Under the pieces are notes generated by a model that had not been told where the DNA came from, did not search any database, and saw nothing but the letters and a program-made list of their open reading frames with translations. Positions 17,278 to 27,000 of a stretch of 64,000 nt of DNA are shown piece by piece. Each line of letters begins with the position of its first letter. Position 1 is the first letter of the stretch. This DNA is from Bacteroidota bacterium. Lineage in GTDB: Bacteria; Bacteroidota; Bacteroidia; Chitinophagales; Chitinophagaceae. The stretch spans positions 50,893-114,892 of the forward strand of contig JAZKFF010000035.1 in the NCBI GenBank assembly GCA_040386555.1. The letters run 5' to 3'. A program made the position numbers and the translations under genes.

Positions 17278-19125
17278 ATGTACAGAACACACACCTGCGG
17301 AGAGCTCCGCATGCAACATATCAATAACGAGGTATCACTGGCCGGATGGGTGCAGACGGTAAGGAAGTTTGGCAGTATCACTTTTATAGACCTGCGCGAC
17401 CGCTATGGCATAACGCAGCTGCTGATAGATGAGGCGCTGAATGACCGGCTGACTGAGCAGCCGATAGGCCGCGAGTATGTGCTGCAGGTGAAGGGCAAGG
17501 TGATAGAGCGCACGAATAAAAATGCAAAGTTGCCTACGGGAGATATAGAAATAGCTGTAAGAGAGTTCACGGTAATGAATGCTGCAGCTACGCCGCCTTT
17601 TACCATAGAGGAGGAGACGGATGGCGGTGAGGACCTGCGCATGAAGTATAGGTACCTGGACCTGCGCCGCCCTACGCTGCGCCGCAACCTGGAGCTGCGC
17701 TACAAGGTGAACCGCTCGGTGCGCAACTACCTGGATGCACAGGGCTTCTGGGATATTGAAACACCTTTCCTGATAAAGAGTACACCGGAGGGCGCGCGCG
17801 ACTTCGTGGTGCCATCGCGGATGAACGAGGGCCAGTTTTATGCGCTGCCGCAGAGTCCGCAGACGTTTAAGCAACTGCTGATGGTGAGCGGGTATGACCG
17901 TTACTACCAGATAGTAAAATGCTTTCGCGATGAGGACCTGCGTGCCGACAGGCAGCCTGAGTTTACGCAGATAGACTGCGAGATGGCTTTTGTGGAGCAG
18001 GAGGATGTGCTCAATACTTTTGAGGGTCTGTTCAAGCATGTGTTTAAAGATGTGAAGGGCACGGAGATGACTGAGGCTTTCCCCCGGATGACATGGGATG
18101 ATGCGATGTGGCATTATGGTAATGATAAGCCGGACCTGCGTTACCAAATTAAAATTCAAAATTTAAAAGCCCCATCCCGGCCTTCCCCCGAGGGGAAGGA
18201 GGTGTTGCGTGAGCCGTTCGACAAGCTCACGATGACATCGGCTGAAAATCTTATTATGACACCGTATGGCGAGCGGGCTGTGTTTAGTATTCCTGCCGGG
18301 TTCCCGGTGTTTGATAATGCGGAGACGGTGCTGGCGATATGTGTGCCGGGGGCGAGTGAGTATACGCGCAAGCAGCTAGATGAGCTGACGGAGTGGGTGA
18401 AGCGGCCGCAGATAGGCATGAGCGGTGTGGTGAATATAAAGTACAATGTTGATGGCTCGCTGAAGAGCAGTGTAGATAAATTTTATAACGCTAAGCAGCT
18501 GGGGCAGATAGCTGCGTATTGCGGCGCGCAGCAGGGCGACCTGATATTGCTGCTCGCCGGTGCAGAAACGCGCACGCGCAAGGCGATGAGCGACCTGCGC
18601 CTGGAGCTGGGCAACCGTATGGGCCTGCGCGACCCAAGCATTTACAAGCCGCTGTGGGTAATCGACTTCCCGCTGTTTGAATATGACGAGGAGAGCGGGC
18701 ACTGGGCTGCACGGCATCACCCCTTCACTTCGCCGAAGCCGGAGCATGTGACCTTGATGGATGATAAGAGCAGGTATGGGGAGATAAAAGCTAATGCCTA
18801 CGACATAGTGCTCAACGGCACGGAGATAGGCGGCGGATCGATAAGGATATTCCAGCGCGGGCTGCAGGAGAAAATGTTTGCTGCACTGGGCCTGAGCAAG
18901 GAAGAGGCGCAGGAGAAATTCGGCTTCCTGCTGGGGGCGTTTGAGTATGGTGCTCCTCCGCATGGTGGCATAGCATTCGGCTTCGACAGGCTGTGTGCGC
19001 TGCTGGGCGGACAGGAGACGATACGTGATTTTATAGCTTTCCCTAAGAACAACTCGGGCCGCGATGTGATGCTGGATGCGCCGAGCGCTATTGATGATGT
19101 GCAGAAGAAGGAGCTAGGGATTTAA
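17278..19125 (+). CDS. aspS: Aspartate--tRNA ligase
   Basis: [11 protein letters not shown]; [14 protein letters not shown]; [18 protein letters not shown]; [15 protein letters not shown]. Confidence 0.99.
   Translation: MYRTHTCGELRMQHINNEVSLAGWVQTVRKFGSITFIDLRDRYGITQLLIDEALNDRLTEQPIGREYVLQVKGKVIERTNKNAKLPTGDIEIAVREFTVMNAAATPPFTIEEETDGGEDLRMKYRYLDLRRPTLRRNLELRYKVNRSVRNYLDAQGFWDIETPFLIKSTPEGARDFVVPSRMNEGQFYALPQSPQTFKQLLMVSGYDRYYQIVKCFRDEDLRADRQPEFTQIDCEMAFVEQEDVLNTFEGLFKHVFKDVKGTEMTEAFPRMTWDDAMWHYGNDKPDLRYQIKIQNLKAPSRPSPEGKEVLREPFDKLTMTSAENLIMTPYGERAVFSIPAGFPVFDNAETVLAICVPGASEYTRKQLDELTEWVKRPQIGMSGVVNIKYNVDGSLKSSVDKFYNAKQLGQIAAYCGAQQGDLILLLAGAETRTRKAMSDLRLELGNRMGLRDPSIYKPLWVIDFPLFEYDEESGHWAARHHPFTSPKPEHVTLMDDKSRYGEIKANAYDIVLNGTEIGGGSIRIFQRGLQEKMFAALGLSKEEAQEKFGFLLGAFEYGAPPHGGIAFGFDRLCALLGGQETIRDFIAFPKNNSGRDVMLDAPSAIDDVQKKELGI
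18168..18240. repeat. REP-like palindromes embedded in-frame in aspS
   Basis: GCCCCATCCCGGCCTTCCCCCGAGGGGAAGGAG and TTCGACAAGCTCACGATGACA; the second motif matches the reverse complement of CCTGAGCTTGTCGAAGG at ~5196-5212. Confidence 0.75.
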
Positions 19126-19160
19126 CCACCCCCCAGCCCCCTCCTAAAACAGGAGGGGGA
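19125..19160. repeat. REP-like hairpin after aspS (possible terminator)
   Basis: CCCCTCCTAAAACAGGAGGGG, same family as 13622-13644. Confidence 0.75.
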
Positions 19161-19294
19161 GGTGTAACGCAGGTATTTGATAGAATAAATTTGGCTTTGG
19201 AAGATAGTTTTAGGTTCTGTGGATAACTCATCGTTTTGAGGCTATCCGTACCCTTATTTGTTCTTGTGATGGGTGCTCTTGCCAATATGATTGT

Positions 19295-19597
19295 ATGATA
19301 TACATAACGCAGCTGGTATATGTAAAGCCGGGAAAGGAGGCTGTCTTTGAGGAGTTTGAAGCGGTGGCTATTCCGGCTATTGCGCGGTATAATGGTGTGC
19401 TGATGCTGCGGCTGAGGCCGGGTGCCGATACGGTGATAGAGGCGGGCATAGCACCGCCATATGAGGTACACTTAGTGTCGTTTGAAAGTGAAGAGGATTT
19501 TGAGCGGTTTAAAGCTGATGAGACGCGCAAGCAGTTCCTGCACCTGAAGGAGGAGTCGGTAAGCGCTATGCTGCTGATAAAGGGAACTGGTCTTTAA
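19295..19597 (+). CDS. DUF1330/ABM-like dimeric alpha-beta barrel protein
   Basis: YVKPGKEAVFEEFEAVAIPAIARYNG...EVHLVSFESEEDFERF. Confidence 0.7.
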   Translation: MIYITQLVYVKPGKEAVFEEFEAVAIPAIARYNGVLMLRLRPGADTVIEAGIAPPYEVHLVSFESEEDFERFKADETRKQFLHLKEESVSAMLLIKGTGL

Positions 19598-19685
19598 GTC
19601 AAAAGGGGACGGTCGAAACCTCAAAGCGTGTGATGCGCACAAAGACGTACCATAACACTATTCGTAAAGACAAAATAAGACCGGT

Positions 19686-20462
19686 CTAGCCTGCAACTAT
19701 CTCTGGTTCGGCCTCGGCTGCGTGATAGGCAGGCGTGTTGCGCTTCAGCTTTATTACACCTACTTTGTCGAGCAGGCGCATTGCCTGGTAGCCCATATCC
19801 CACTCAAACCATTTTGTGGCATTGTTAGGACGCGTAGGGTGCTTGTGGTGGTTGTTGTGATAAGCTTCTCCCCAAAACACAAGGTCCAGAGGGAGCAGGT
19901 TCCTCGATGTGTTGCGCATCTTGAAATTTTCGTAGCCAAATATGTGTGCATAGTAGTTGACCGCCGCACCCTGGAATGAGCCTATAGCAATAGTAAAAGG
20001 AAGAAACAGGAATTGCCACCATGCTGTAGCCAGGTAAGCATAGATGGCTACGTATACCACCATCCACAAAACACGTGTGATCCAGTTATGTGCATATTTC
20101 TCGAATGCTACCCATTCAGGCAGCCCCTTTTTATACTTATCGTCTGCTGCTGTTTTGCCCAGGTATAAGTTGATGTAACTGTTGCGGGTATCCCACAGCA
20201 TGGCCAGCACATTGTGCGAGTTGTGCGGTGAGTGCGGGTCTTCAGGCGTATCGGTATGGGCGTGGTGCAGCCGGTGCATGAGCCCGTAAGTATACGCGCT
20301 GATGTAAGACGAGCCCTGTGTAATAAAGCAGCCTATGTAAAACACCTTTTCCCAGCCGCGAGACATGGTGAACATGCCGTGGGCTGCGTAGCGGTGATGG
20401 AAAACAGATTGAAAGAACAGGGAAGAGTACCAGTGGATAATAATAAACAACAAAATGGCCAT
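19686..20462 (-). CDS. Acyl-CoA (delta-9-type) fatty acid desaturase
   Basis: His boxes HHRYAAH, HRLHHAH and HNNHH. Confidence 0.92.
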   Translation of the reverse strand: MAILLFIIIHWYSSLFFQSVFHHRYAAHGMFTMSRGWEKVFYIGCFITQGSSYISAYTYGLMHRLHHAHTDTPEDPHSPHNSHNVLAMLWDTRNSYINLYLGKTAADDKYKKGLPEWVAFEKYAHNWITRVLWMVVYVAIYAYLATAWWQFLFLPFTIAIGSFQGAAVNYYAHIFGYENFKMRNTSRNLLPLDLVFWGEAYHNNHHKHPTRPNNATKWFEWDMGYQAMRLLDKVGVIKLKRNTPAYHAAEAEPEIVAG

Positions 20463-20664
20463 ACGATAATTTTAATGCGGCCATATCCCTGCCCCGATGG
20501 GGTAAACTTATATAAAACAGATGCCTGGCCGTGGGTAAAGGTAGCGCTTATCCGGCACATACTCTAAAAAACCTTTTAATGTAACATGCGCAGTGATAAT
20601 GAAGCATAAAAATGGGCGATATATTTGCGCGTCTAAAAACGGGTCCCGACCTTTGCTGCCAGAG

Positions 20665-21672
20665 ATGAGTAAGCAAATAAATATACTAGCCATAGAGTCA
20701 TCGTGCGATGAAACGAGCGCGGCGGTGGTACAGGATGGCAAAGTGCTGAGTAACCACATAGCCACGCAAAAAGTACACGAACGGTATGGGGGGGTAGTGC
20801 CTGAGCTGGCATCGCGGGCGCATATGCAGAATATAGTGCCGGTGGTAGATGCTGCGATACAGGATTCGGGATTGAGCAAGGAGGATATTACTGCTGTAGC
20901 GTTTACACAGGCGCCGGGGCTGATAGGCTCATTGCTGGTGGGGGCTTGCTTTGCAAAGGCGTTTGCGCAGGCGCGCAGGCTGCCGCTGATAGCAGTGCAC
21001 CATATGCAGGCACATGTGCTGGCCCACTTTATAGAAGATAAGCCGGAGTTTCCCTTTCTATGCCTTACGGTATCAGGCGGGCATACGCAGATAGTGCTGT
21101 GCCGCGATCACCTGGATATGGAAGTGCTGGGCGAAACGATGGATGATGCAGCAGGCGAAGCATTTGACAAGGCTGCTAAGATGCTGGGGCTGCCATATCC
21201 CGGAGGGCCGCTGGTAGATAAGCTGGCGGCGGAGGGAGACCCATTGAAATTCAAATTTTCATCGTCGGAGCAGAAGGGGTATGAGTTTAGCTTTAGTGGT
21301 GTAAAGACCTCGATACTTTACTTCCTGCAGGCGCAGCGGAAAACCGACCCGGATTTTGTGGAGCATAACCTTAAAGATATTTGCGCATCGGTGCAGTACA
21401 CTATTATAAAGATGCTGATGACCAAGCTGGAGAAAGCAGCGAGGGAGCTAGGTATAAAGCAGGTGGGTATTGCCGGAGGCGTATCGGCAAACAGCGGGCT
21501 GCGAAAGGCCGTGAAGGAAGCTGGCGAGCGTAATGGCTGGCAGGTGTATATACCAAAGTTTGAATACTGCACTGACAATGCAGCCATGATAGGGATAACG
21601 GGATATTACAAATACCTGAAAGGAGACTTTGCGGATATGAGCGTGACACCAACTGCGCGCGCTACGTGGTAA
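20665..21672 (+). CDS. tsaD: tRNA N6-adenosine threonylcarbamoyltransferase
   Basis: ILAIESSCDETS; GGVVPELASRAH; HHMQAH; SGGHT; CTDNAAMI. Confidence 0.97.
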   Translation: MSKQINILAIESSCDETSAAVVQDGKVLSNHIATQKVHERYGGVVPELASRAHMQNIVPVVDAAIQDSGLSKEDITAVAFTQAPGLIGSLLVGACFAKAFAQARRLPLIAVHHMQAHVLAHFIEDKPEFPFLCLTVSGGHTQIVLCRDHLDMEVLGETMDDAAGEAFDKAAKMLGLPYPGGPLVDKLAAEGDPLKFKFSSSEQKGYEFSFSGVKTSILYFLQAQRKTDPDFVEHNLKDICASVQYTIIKMLMTKLEKAARELGIKQVGIAGGVSANSGLRKAVKEAGERNGWQVYIPKFEYCTDNAAMIGITGYYKYLKGDFADMSVTPTARATW

Positions 21673-22382
21673 TGAGCAACAGCTATTTTCAATTCAAGCA
21701 ATTTAGGATAGAGCAGCAGGGCTGTGCTATGAAGGTGACCACTGATGCGTGTATACTTGGGGCGTGGTGCCCGATAGAGAACGGTGTGCGCAAGGTGCTG
21801 GATATAGGTGCGGGCACAGGGCTGCTCGCAACGATGCTGGCCCAGCGAAGCGATGCCATAATTGTAGATGCTGTAGAGTACGATGCGGAGGCGGCGGAGC
21901 AGGCAGCAGAGAACGCAGCAGCATCGCCGTGGAGCGGGCGGATAAATGTGATACACGCAGACGCACGCAGTTATACAGGTGCTCACAAGTATGACCTCAT
22001 TATTACTAACCCCCCTTTTTTTAATGACAGCCTGCTGAGCGATAAGCAGCAAAAGAATGTGGCACGGCACACCTTGTCTTTGTCGTATGCGGAGCTGCTA
22101 TGCGTTGTCAATGCAAACCTTGCCGACGACGGGTATGCTGCAATATTATTGCCGGTGCCGGAGTATGAGCGATGGAAGCTACTGGCGATAAGCGAAGGCT
22201 GGGACGAAGTTGGCGCACTGCATGTGCGCCACCGGGATAGTGCAGCAGTAAAACGCGTGGTAGGGTTGTTTAGCAGGCGGGCGACATCACTGCCAAGAAA
22301 TGCGCTTACTATACAAGACGATGGCGGTAATTATTCGGTGGATTTTAAACAGCTGCTGGGGCCTTTCTATCTGAATTTATAA
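21672..22382 (+). CDS. tRNA1(Val) adenine(37)-N6 methyltransferase
   Basis: FQFKQF...MKVTTDACILGAW; LDIGAGTG; NPPF; coupled to tsaD through TAATG. Confidence 0.9.
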   Translation: MSNSYFQFKQFRIEQQGCAMKVTTDACILGAWCPIENGVRKVLDIGAGTGLLATMLAQRSDAIIVDAVEYDAEAAEQAAENAAASPWSGRINVIHADARSYTGAHKYDLIITNPPFFNDSLLSDKQQKNVARHTLSLSYAELLCVVNANLADDGYAAILLPVPEYERWKLLAISEGWDEVGALHVRHRDSAAVKRVVGLFSRRATSLPRNALTIQDDGGNYSVDFKQLLGPFYLNL

Positions 22383-22791
22383 GCAGCCGGTTCTTTTTGA
22401 AAATGAAGTAAAGGCAGATGACCGCCCAGCCTAGCCAGAATAGATAGAAGCCATAGTGGAAGCGCCAGCCCAGCAAATGGTGCGAAAAATCTGTAGCGAA
22501 GTCGTGGTAGGTGAAATAAAAGCCGACGGCTACAGCCAGCAAAATTATGGAATGTGTGGCCCTGGACGTGCGTGGCGACATGTGGCGGTGAATAAGCGAA
22601 TGGACAAAATGCAGCACGAGAAACAAGCCAAATATAGCAGCTGCTCCTTGCCACCAGACCTTTGTGAAATTGTATTCTTTGTGCAGGAACGTAATACCTA
22701 CTTTGGCTATCCATCGTGCCTTTGACATGAGGATGCCGGATGCTATGGCAATGATGGCAAGGGTGATGATCAGCAGGGTGCTTCGTTTCAT
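22345..22791 (-). CDS. Hypothetical membrane protein (about 4 TM helices)
   Basis: ATG read from CAT at 22789-22791 on the minus strand; four hydrophobic segments; 3' end overlaps the methyltransferase convergently. Confidence 0.7.
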   Translation of the reverse strand: MKRSTLLIITLAIIAIASGILMSKARWIAKVGITFLHKEYNFTKVWWQGAAAIFGLFLVLHFVHSLIHRHMSPRTSRATHSIILLAVAVGFYFTYHDFATDFSHHLLGWRFHYGFYLFWLGWAVICLYFIFKKNRLLINSDRKAPAAV

Positions 22792-22865
22792 GCTGCAAAT
22801 ATCAGGGATAGTTGCATAAAAAAGCCCGGCTGGTTAGCAGCCGGGCGGGTATTAAATGAAATATC

Positions 22866-23519
22866 TTATTGCATTGATTTGGCATCGGTGAGGAACTGCT
22901 GCAGGCCGAGATCCGTAAGCGGATGCTTGAGCAGCCCAAGGATGGAGCTGAGCGGGCAGGTGCATACATCGGCACCGGCTTCTGCACAGCGCACGATGTG
23001 CAGGGGTGTGCGGATAGAAGCAGCAAGCACTTCCGTCATATAGCCTTGTGCGTTGTAGATACCTACTATCTGCTCTATGAGCTGCACGCCGTCCCAGTTG
23101 CTGTCATCGATGCGGCCAAGGAATGGGGATACATATGATGCGCCTGCTTTGGCAGCAAGTATGGCCTGGCCGGCAGAGAATACGAGTGTGCAGTTGGTCT
23201 GGATATCGTTGTCGGTAAACCACTTGATAGCCTTGATGCCGTCTTTGATCATCGGCACTTTTACCACTATGTTCTTGTGAATAGCAGCAAGCTTCTTGCC
23301 TTCTTCCACTATACCCTCGAAAGTGGTGCCAAGTACCTCAGCGCTAACCGGGCCGTCTACCATCTCGCAGATGTCGAGGTAGTGCTTCATAACGGCATCG
23401 TGGCCTTTGATGCCTTCTTTTGCCATCAGCGATGGGTTAGTAGTCACACCGTCGAGTATTCCCAGGTCGTGTGCTTCTTTGATCTGGGCGAGATTTGCTG
23501 TATCTATAAAAAACTTCAT
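22866..23519 (-). CDS. fsa: Transaldolase / fructose-6-phosphate aldolase
   Basis: MKFFIDTAN; GVTTNPSL; VVKVPM; YVSPFLGRIDD; -7 box TACATTTG at 23539-23546. Confidence 0.95.
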   Translation of the reverse strand: MKFFIDTANLAQIKEAHDLGILDGVTTNPSLMAKEGIKGHDAVMKHYLDICEMVDGPVSAEVLGTTFEGIVEEGKKLAAIHKNIVVKVPMIKDGIKAIKWFTDNDIQTNCTLVFSAGQAILAAKAGASYVSPFLGRIDDSNWDGVQLIEQIVGIYNAQGYMTEVLAASIRTPLHIVRCAEAGADVCTCPLSSILGLLKHPLTDLGLQQFLTDAKSMQ

Positions 23520-23858
23520 GAATAGTAATTTTCGAGTGCAAATGTAACACAAAAGCAGGTACACCGGCTATGAGTAACGATGACGAAATAATTCACTCCA
23601 TCTTACTTGTTCTTTTCCATTTTTACTGCGTTGTAAAAGTCGTTAAATAATCCATTGTTCGCGGATTTTACGTCTTGTAAAAAAGAAGAATAAAGTCGTG
23701 ATATGGTGTGAATTATTTAGTCAACGTTACTAAGCAGAAAGGGGACCAAAAGGGCCCCGTTCCACGACTGAAAATAAAGTTTATAAGTATTTTACCAAGG
23801 CCTTAGGGACAGCAGATATATTTTAAATTGGGTATACCTTCCATAAGATTTGATGAGC

Positions 23859-23949
23859 CAAAAGTAACATGTGAGCAGTCCTAAACTGCTTTCAAACCGA
23901 TGAACGGCAGGTTTTTGGGTGTGAAATGCATGAATTTGCCGATGAGCGG
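23859..23949 (-). promoter_or_regulatory. Promoter with LytTR-type direct-repeat boxes (site A)
   Basis: TACTTTTG at 23859-23866; CCGATGAACGG at 23897 and CCGATGAGCGG at 23939 (42 bp apart); 35/53 ungapped identity with 30515-30567. Confidence 0.65.
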
Positions 23950-24057
23950 TAAAAAGTGCCCTGATCCCGATGGGTAACCTCCCGGATATGATGTAAAAAA
24001 AGAGGGGCGCCCAGATGGACGCCCCGATGGTGATGGGGTACTTTTTCAAAAGGGAAA

Positions 24058-27000
24058 TTATCTGTTGAGCGAGAATCTTACTACCTCGCTGACACCGGTT
24101 GCTTTTACGCGTACGATGTAAACTCCGTTAGCAATATTATCGCCGAGGATAATTGTTTTATTGAGCGCTCCATTTGCTACAGGCGTGGTGCCTGTGTAGA
24201 TGGTCTTGCCGAGCATGTCGACCAGCTCAATATCCACATTTGTGTTTTCAGCCAGGCCGGGTATGTAGCCTTGCAGAGAGAAGACACCATTGTTGGGGTT
24301 TGGTACAATGGTTAGTTCGGCCTCTTTGGCAGTTACAACGAGAGGTGAAGCGTCAGCACTGCCGGGCTTATGCGGAGGCAGCGTGGTGCAGCAACCACCT
24401 GCAGGGCAGAGGCATGGCCAGGTGCAACCCATGTAGTCGATGGTGGTGATACACAGTGAGCAATCGGCCGATGTTGTAAGAATGGTTGCATTGCCTGAGA
24501 AATCGAGCACAACGGTGCCGACGGAAGTGCCGCCAAAACAATCGTACTTGATGAAGTGGACAGTAGCACCTGCGGTGCCTGTGAACACATACTCAAAGCA
24601 ACTGCAGCCTGGCTGCCATACATAGGTAACACATGCGGTAGCGCGAGGTATTACTGTGACATAAAACCCTGCGTCGCACGCTGCCAGAGTACCACCCAGT
24701 GAATAGATGATCCATACACCGCCACCTGATACGCCGGTAACGACACCAAACGGATCTACTGTTGCGATAGTGGGGTCGGAGCTTGTCCAGGTGCCGCCCG
24801 GAGTAGCTGAGCTAAGCACGATCGAAGAACCCTCGCATACTGTGGATGGGCCAACTATAGCTGCCGGCGCCGCATGCACCGTGATAGTGCAGTAAGCATG
24901 ACCAACGCAGCCGAGCGATGACACAGAAGTGTAAGTAAGCGTGTGGACGCCGGGGGTTACACCTGTTACCATTACAGAGGTTGGCGTAGGGGAGCTTAAT
25001 GTGATACCCGGGCCGGAAGTACTCCATCCGGAGAACGTACCTGTGCCGGGGCTTGCTACAACCATGTTGGTAGTGCCCGCGCATATGTCGGCCGCGCATT
25101 GTACAAAGAATGGTGCGGGAGATGGATGCACGGTGATAACAACGGATACTGCACAGGTGACACCGTTAGCGCTTGTGAGGCCGTAGGTGATAATTGCAGT
25201 ACCTCCGGAAACGCCTGTAACAAGGCCGAAGGCATTAACCGTTGCTACAGCAGGGTTAGTGCTGGCCCATACGCCACCCGGTGTAGGGTTGCTGAGCAGT
25301 GTGGTAGCTCCCTGGCAAACAACCAGCGAACCGGTGATAGGTGCCGGCGTAGGGTTTACGTTGACTGTGCAATAGGCATGGCCTACGCAGCCTGCAGGTG
25401 TGGTGATGGTGTAGGTGATGATGGCGACTCCCGACCCTGTAGCTGTTATCATAGCCGAAGTGCCAGTTGAAGGGATGATAGTGATAACCGGTGCCCCGCT
25501 AAGCACAGACCATGACCATGATGGAGTGAATGGACCTCCGGTATAACCAGGGTTTGCGAATATAGGATGTGAATTGCCGGAGCAGATATCACTCGCACAT
25601 TGCACGAAGTATGGACTCGGTGAATCATTGACCGTGACAGTAGCCGTGATAGCACACAAGCCGCCGATAGTGTAGGTAATTATGGCTGTGCCGGGTGCTA
25701 CACCTGTAACAATACCTGATACAGGATCTATGGCAGCGACCATAGGATCACCGGAAGACCACACACCGCCAGGTACTGGGTTGGTGAGCGTTGTAGTAGC
25801 ACCTACACAAACTGTGAGGATGCCGCCGATAGGTCCGGGGTTAGGGTAAACCGTTACGGTACAGAAGGTAGATGCTGTGCAGCCGCCCGGTGTAGTAACC
25901 GTGAAGGTAATGACAGCAGTACCTGCGCTTACGGCGGTAACCATGCCGATGGTGCCAGATCCTGTGATGGTGGCTACGCTAAGCGGGCTTATAGACCAGC
26001 TGGTGGTATATGGGCCGAAGACAACACCGGCGCTGGCAGCTACAGGTTGTACCGTACCTACGCACAGGTCTTTAGCACACTGTACGAAGAATGGGTCTGG
26101 CTGAGGGTCAACAGTAACGACTACTGAAGTATTGCAGCCCGTGGAGAATGCGTAAGATATTATAGCTGTGCCATAACCTACGCCCGTAACAAGGCCGGCC
26201 GCGTCTACTGTTGCTACTGATGGGTCACTGCTGCCCCATGCGCCACCTATTGACGTAGTAGAGAGTAACGTAGTATTACCAACGCCGCAGATCAGCAAAG
26301 AGCCGGTTATCGGATCGGGTACAGGATTGATATTGACCGTGCAATAAGCATGGCCTACGCAGCCTGCGGGGGTGGTAACGGTATAAGTGATCACTACCAC
26401 ACCGGCACTTACACCTGTTATCATTGCTGATGTAGGTGTTGAAGATGTAATACTAATGATAGGGGTGCCGCTAACTGCCGACCATGACCATGTAGCAATG
26501 AATGCTCCTCCAACTCCGGGATTAGCAAAAACAGGCTGCGAGCTGCCCACGCAGATATCGCCGGCACACTGCACAAATACAGGGCGTGGTGTCGGGTTTA
26601 CATTAACGGTAGCTGTAATGGCGCATAGCCGACCTATAGTGTAGGTTATTATAGCCGTACCTGTTGAAATACCAGTAACTACACCTGCTGCATCTATACT
26701 GGCCACCAAAGGATCGCTGCTGCTCCATGTGCCGCCTGGCACTGAGTTGCCTAAGGTAGTAGTATTACCTACGCATACAGAGAGCGTACCGGTGATAGGT
26801 CCGGGGTTAGGGTATACTGTAACAGTACAGAAGGTAGATGCTGTGCAGCCGCCCGGTGTAGTAACCGTGAAGGTAATGACAGCAGTACCTGCGCTTACGG
26901 CGGTAACCATGCCGATGGTGCCAGATCCTGTGATGGTGGCTACGCTAAGCGGGCTTATAGACCAGCTGGTGGTATATGGGCCGAAGACAACACCGGCGCT

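Noticed and set aside
17169-17381. N-terminal 71-aa extension of the ATPase ORF in the track
   Set aside because: It overlaps the aspS promoter and start on the opposite strand; the ATPase fold begins at MKIYF (17168).
17335-18963. Long antisense ORFs over aspS (274 aa, 195 aa)
   Set aside because: Shadow frames of a codon-biased essential gene, with no motifs.
23560-23580. Possible att duplication of the SRP RNA 3' end (CCGGC...GAGTAAC)
   Set aside because: The match is short, partly in the wrong orientation, and no integrase is present.
23603-23716. 37-codon open stretch IIHTISRLYSSF...MEKNK
   Set aside because: No ATG, GTG or TTG start before the last five codons, and no family resemblance; at most a gene remnant.
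23792-24049. 85-aa minus-strand ORF after the 2073-aa gene
   Set aside because: It runs across that gene's terminator and the LytTR-type promoter and has no recognisable features.
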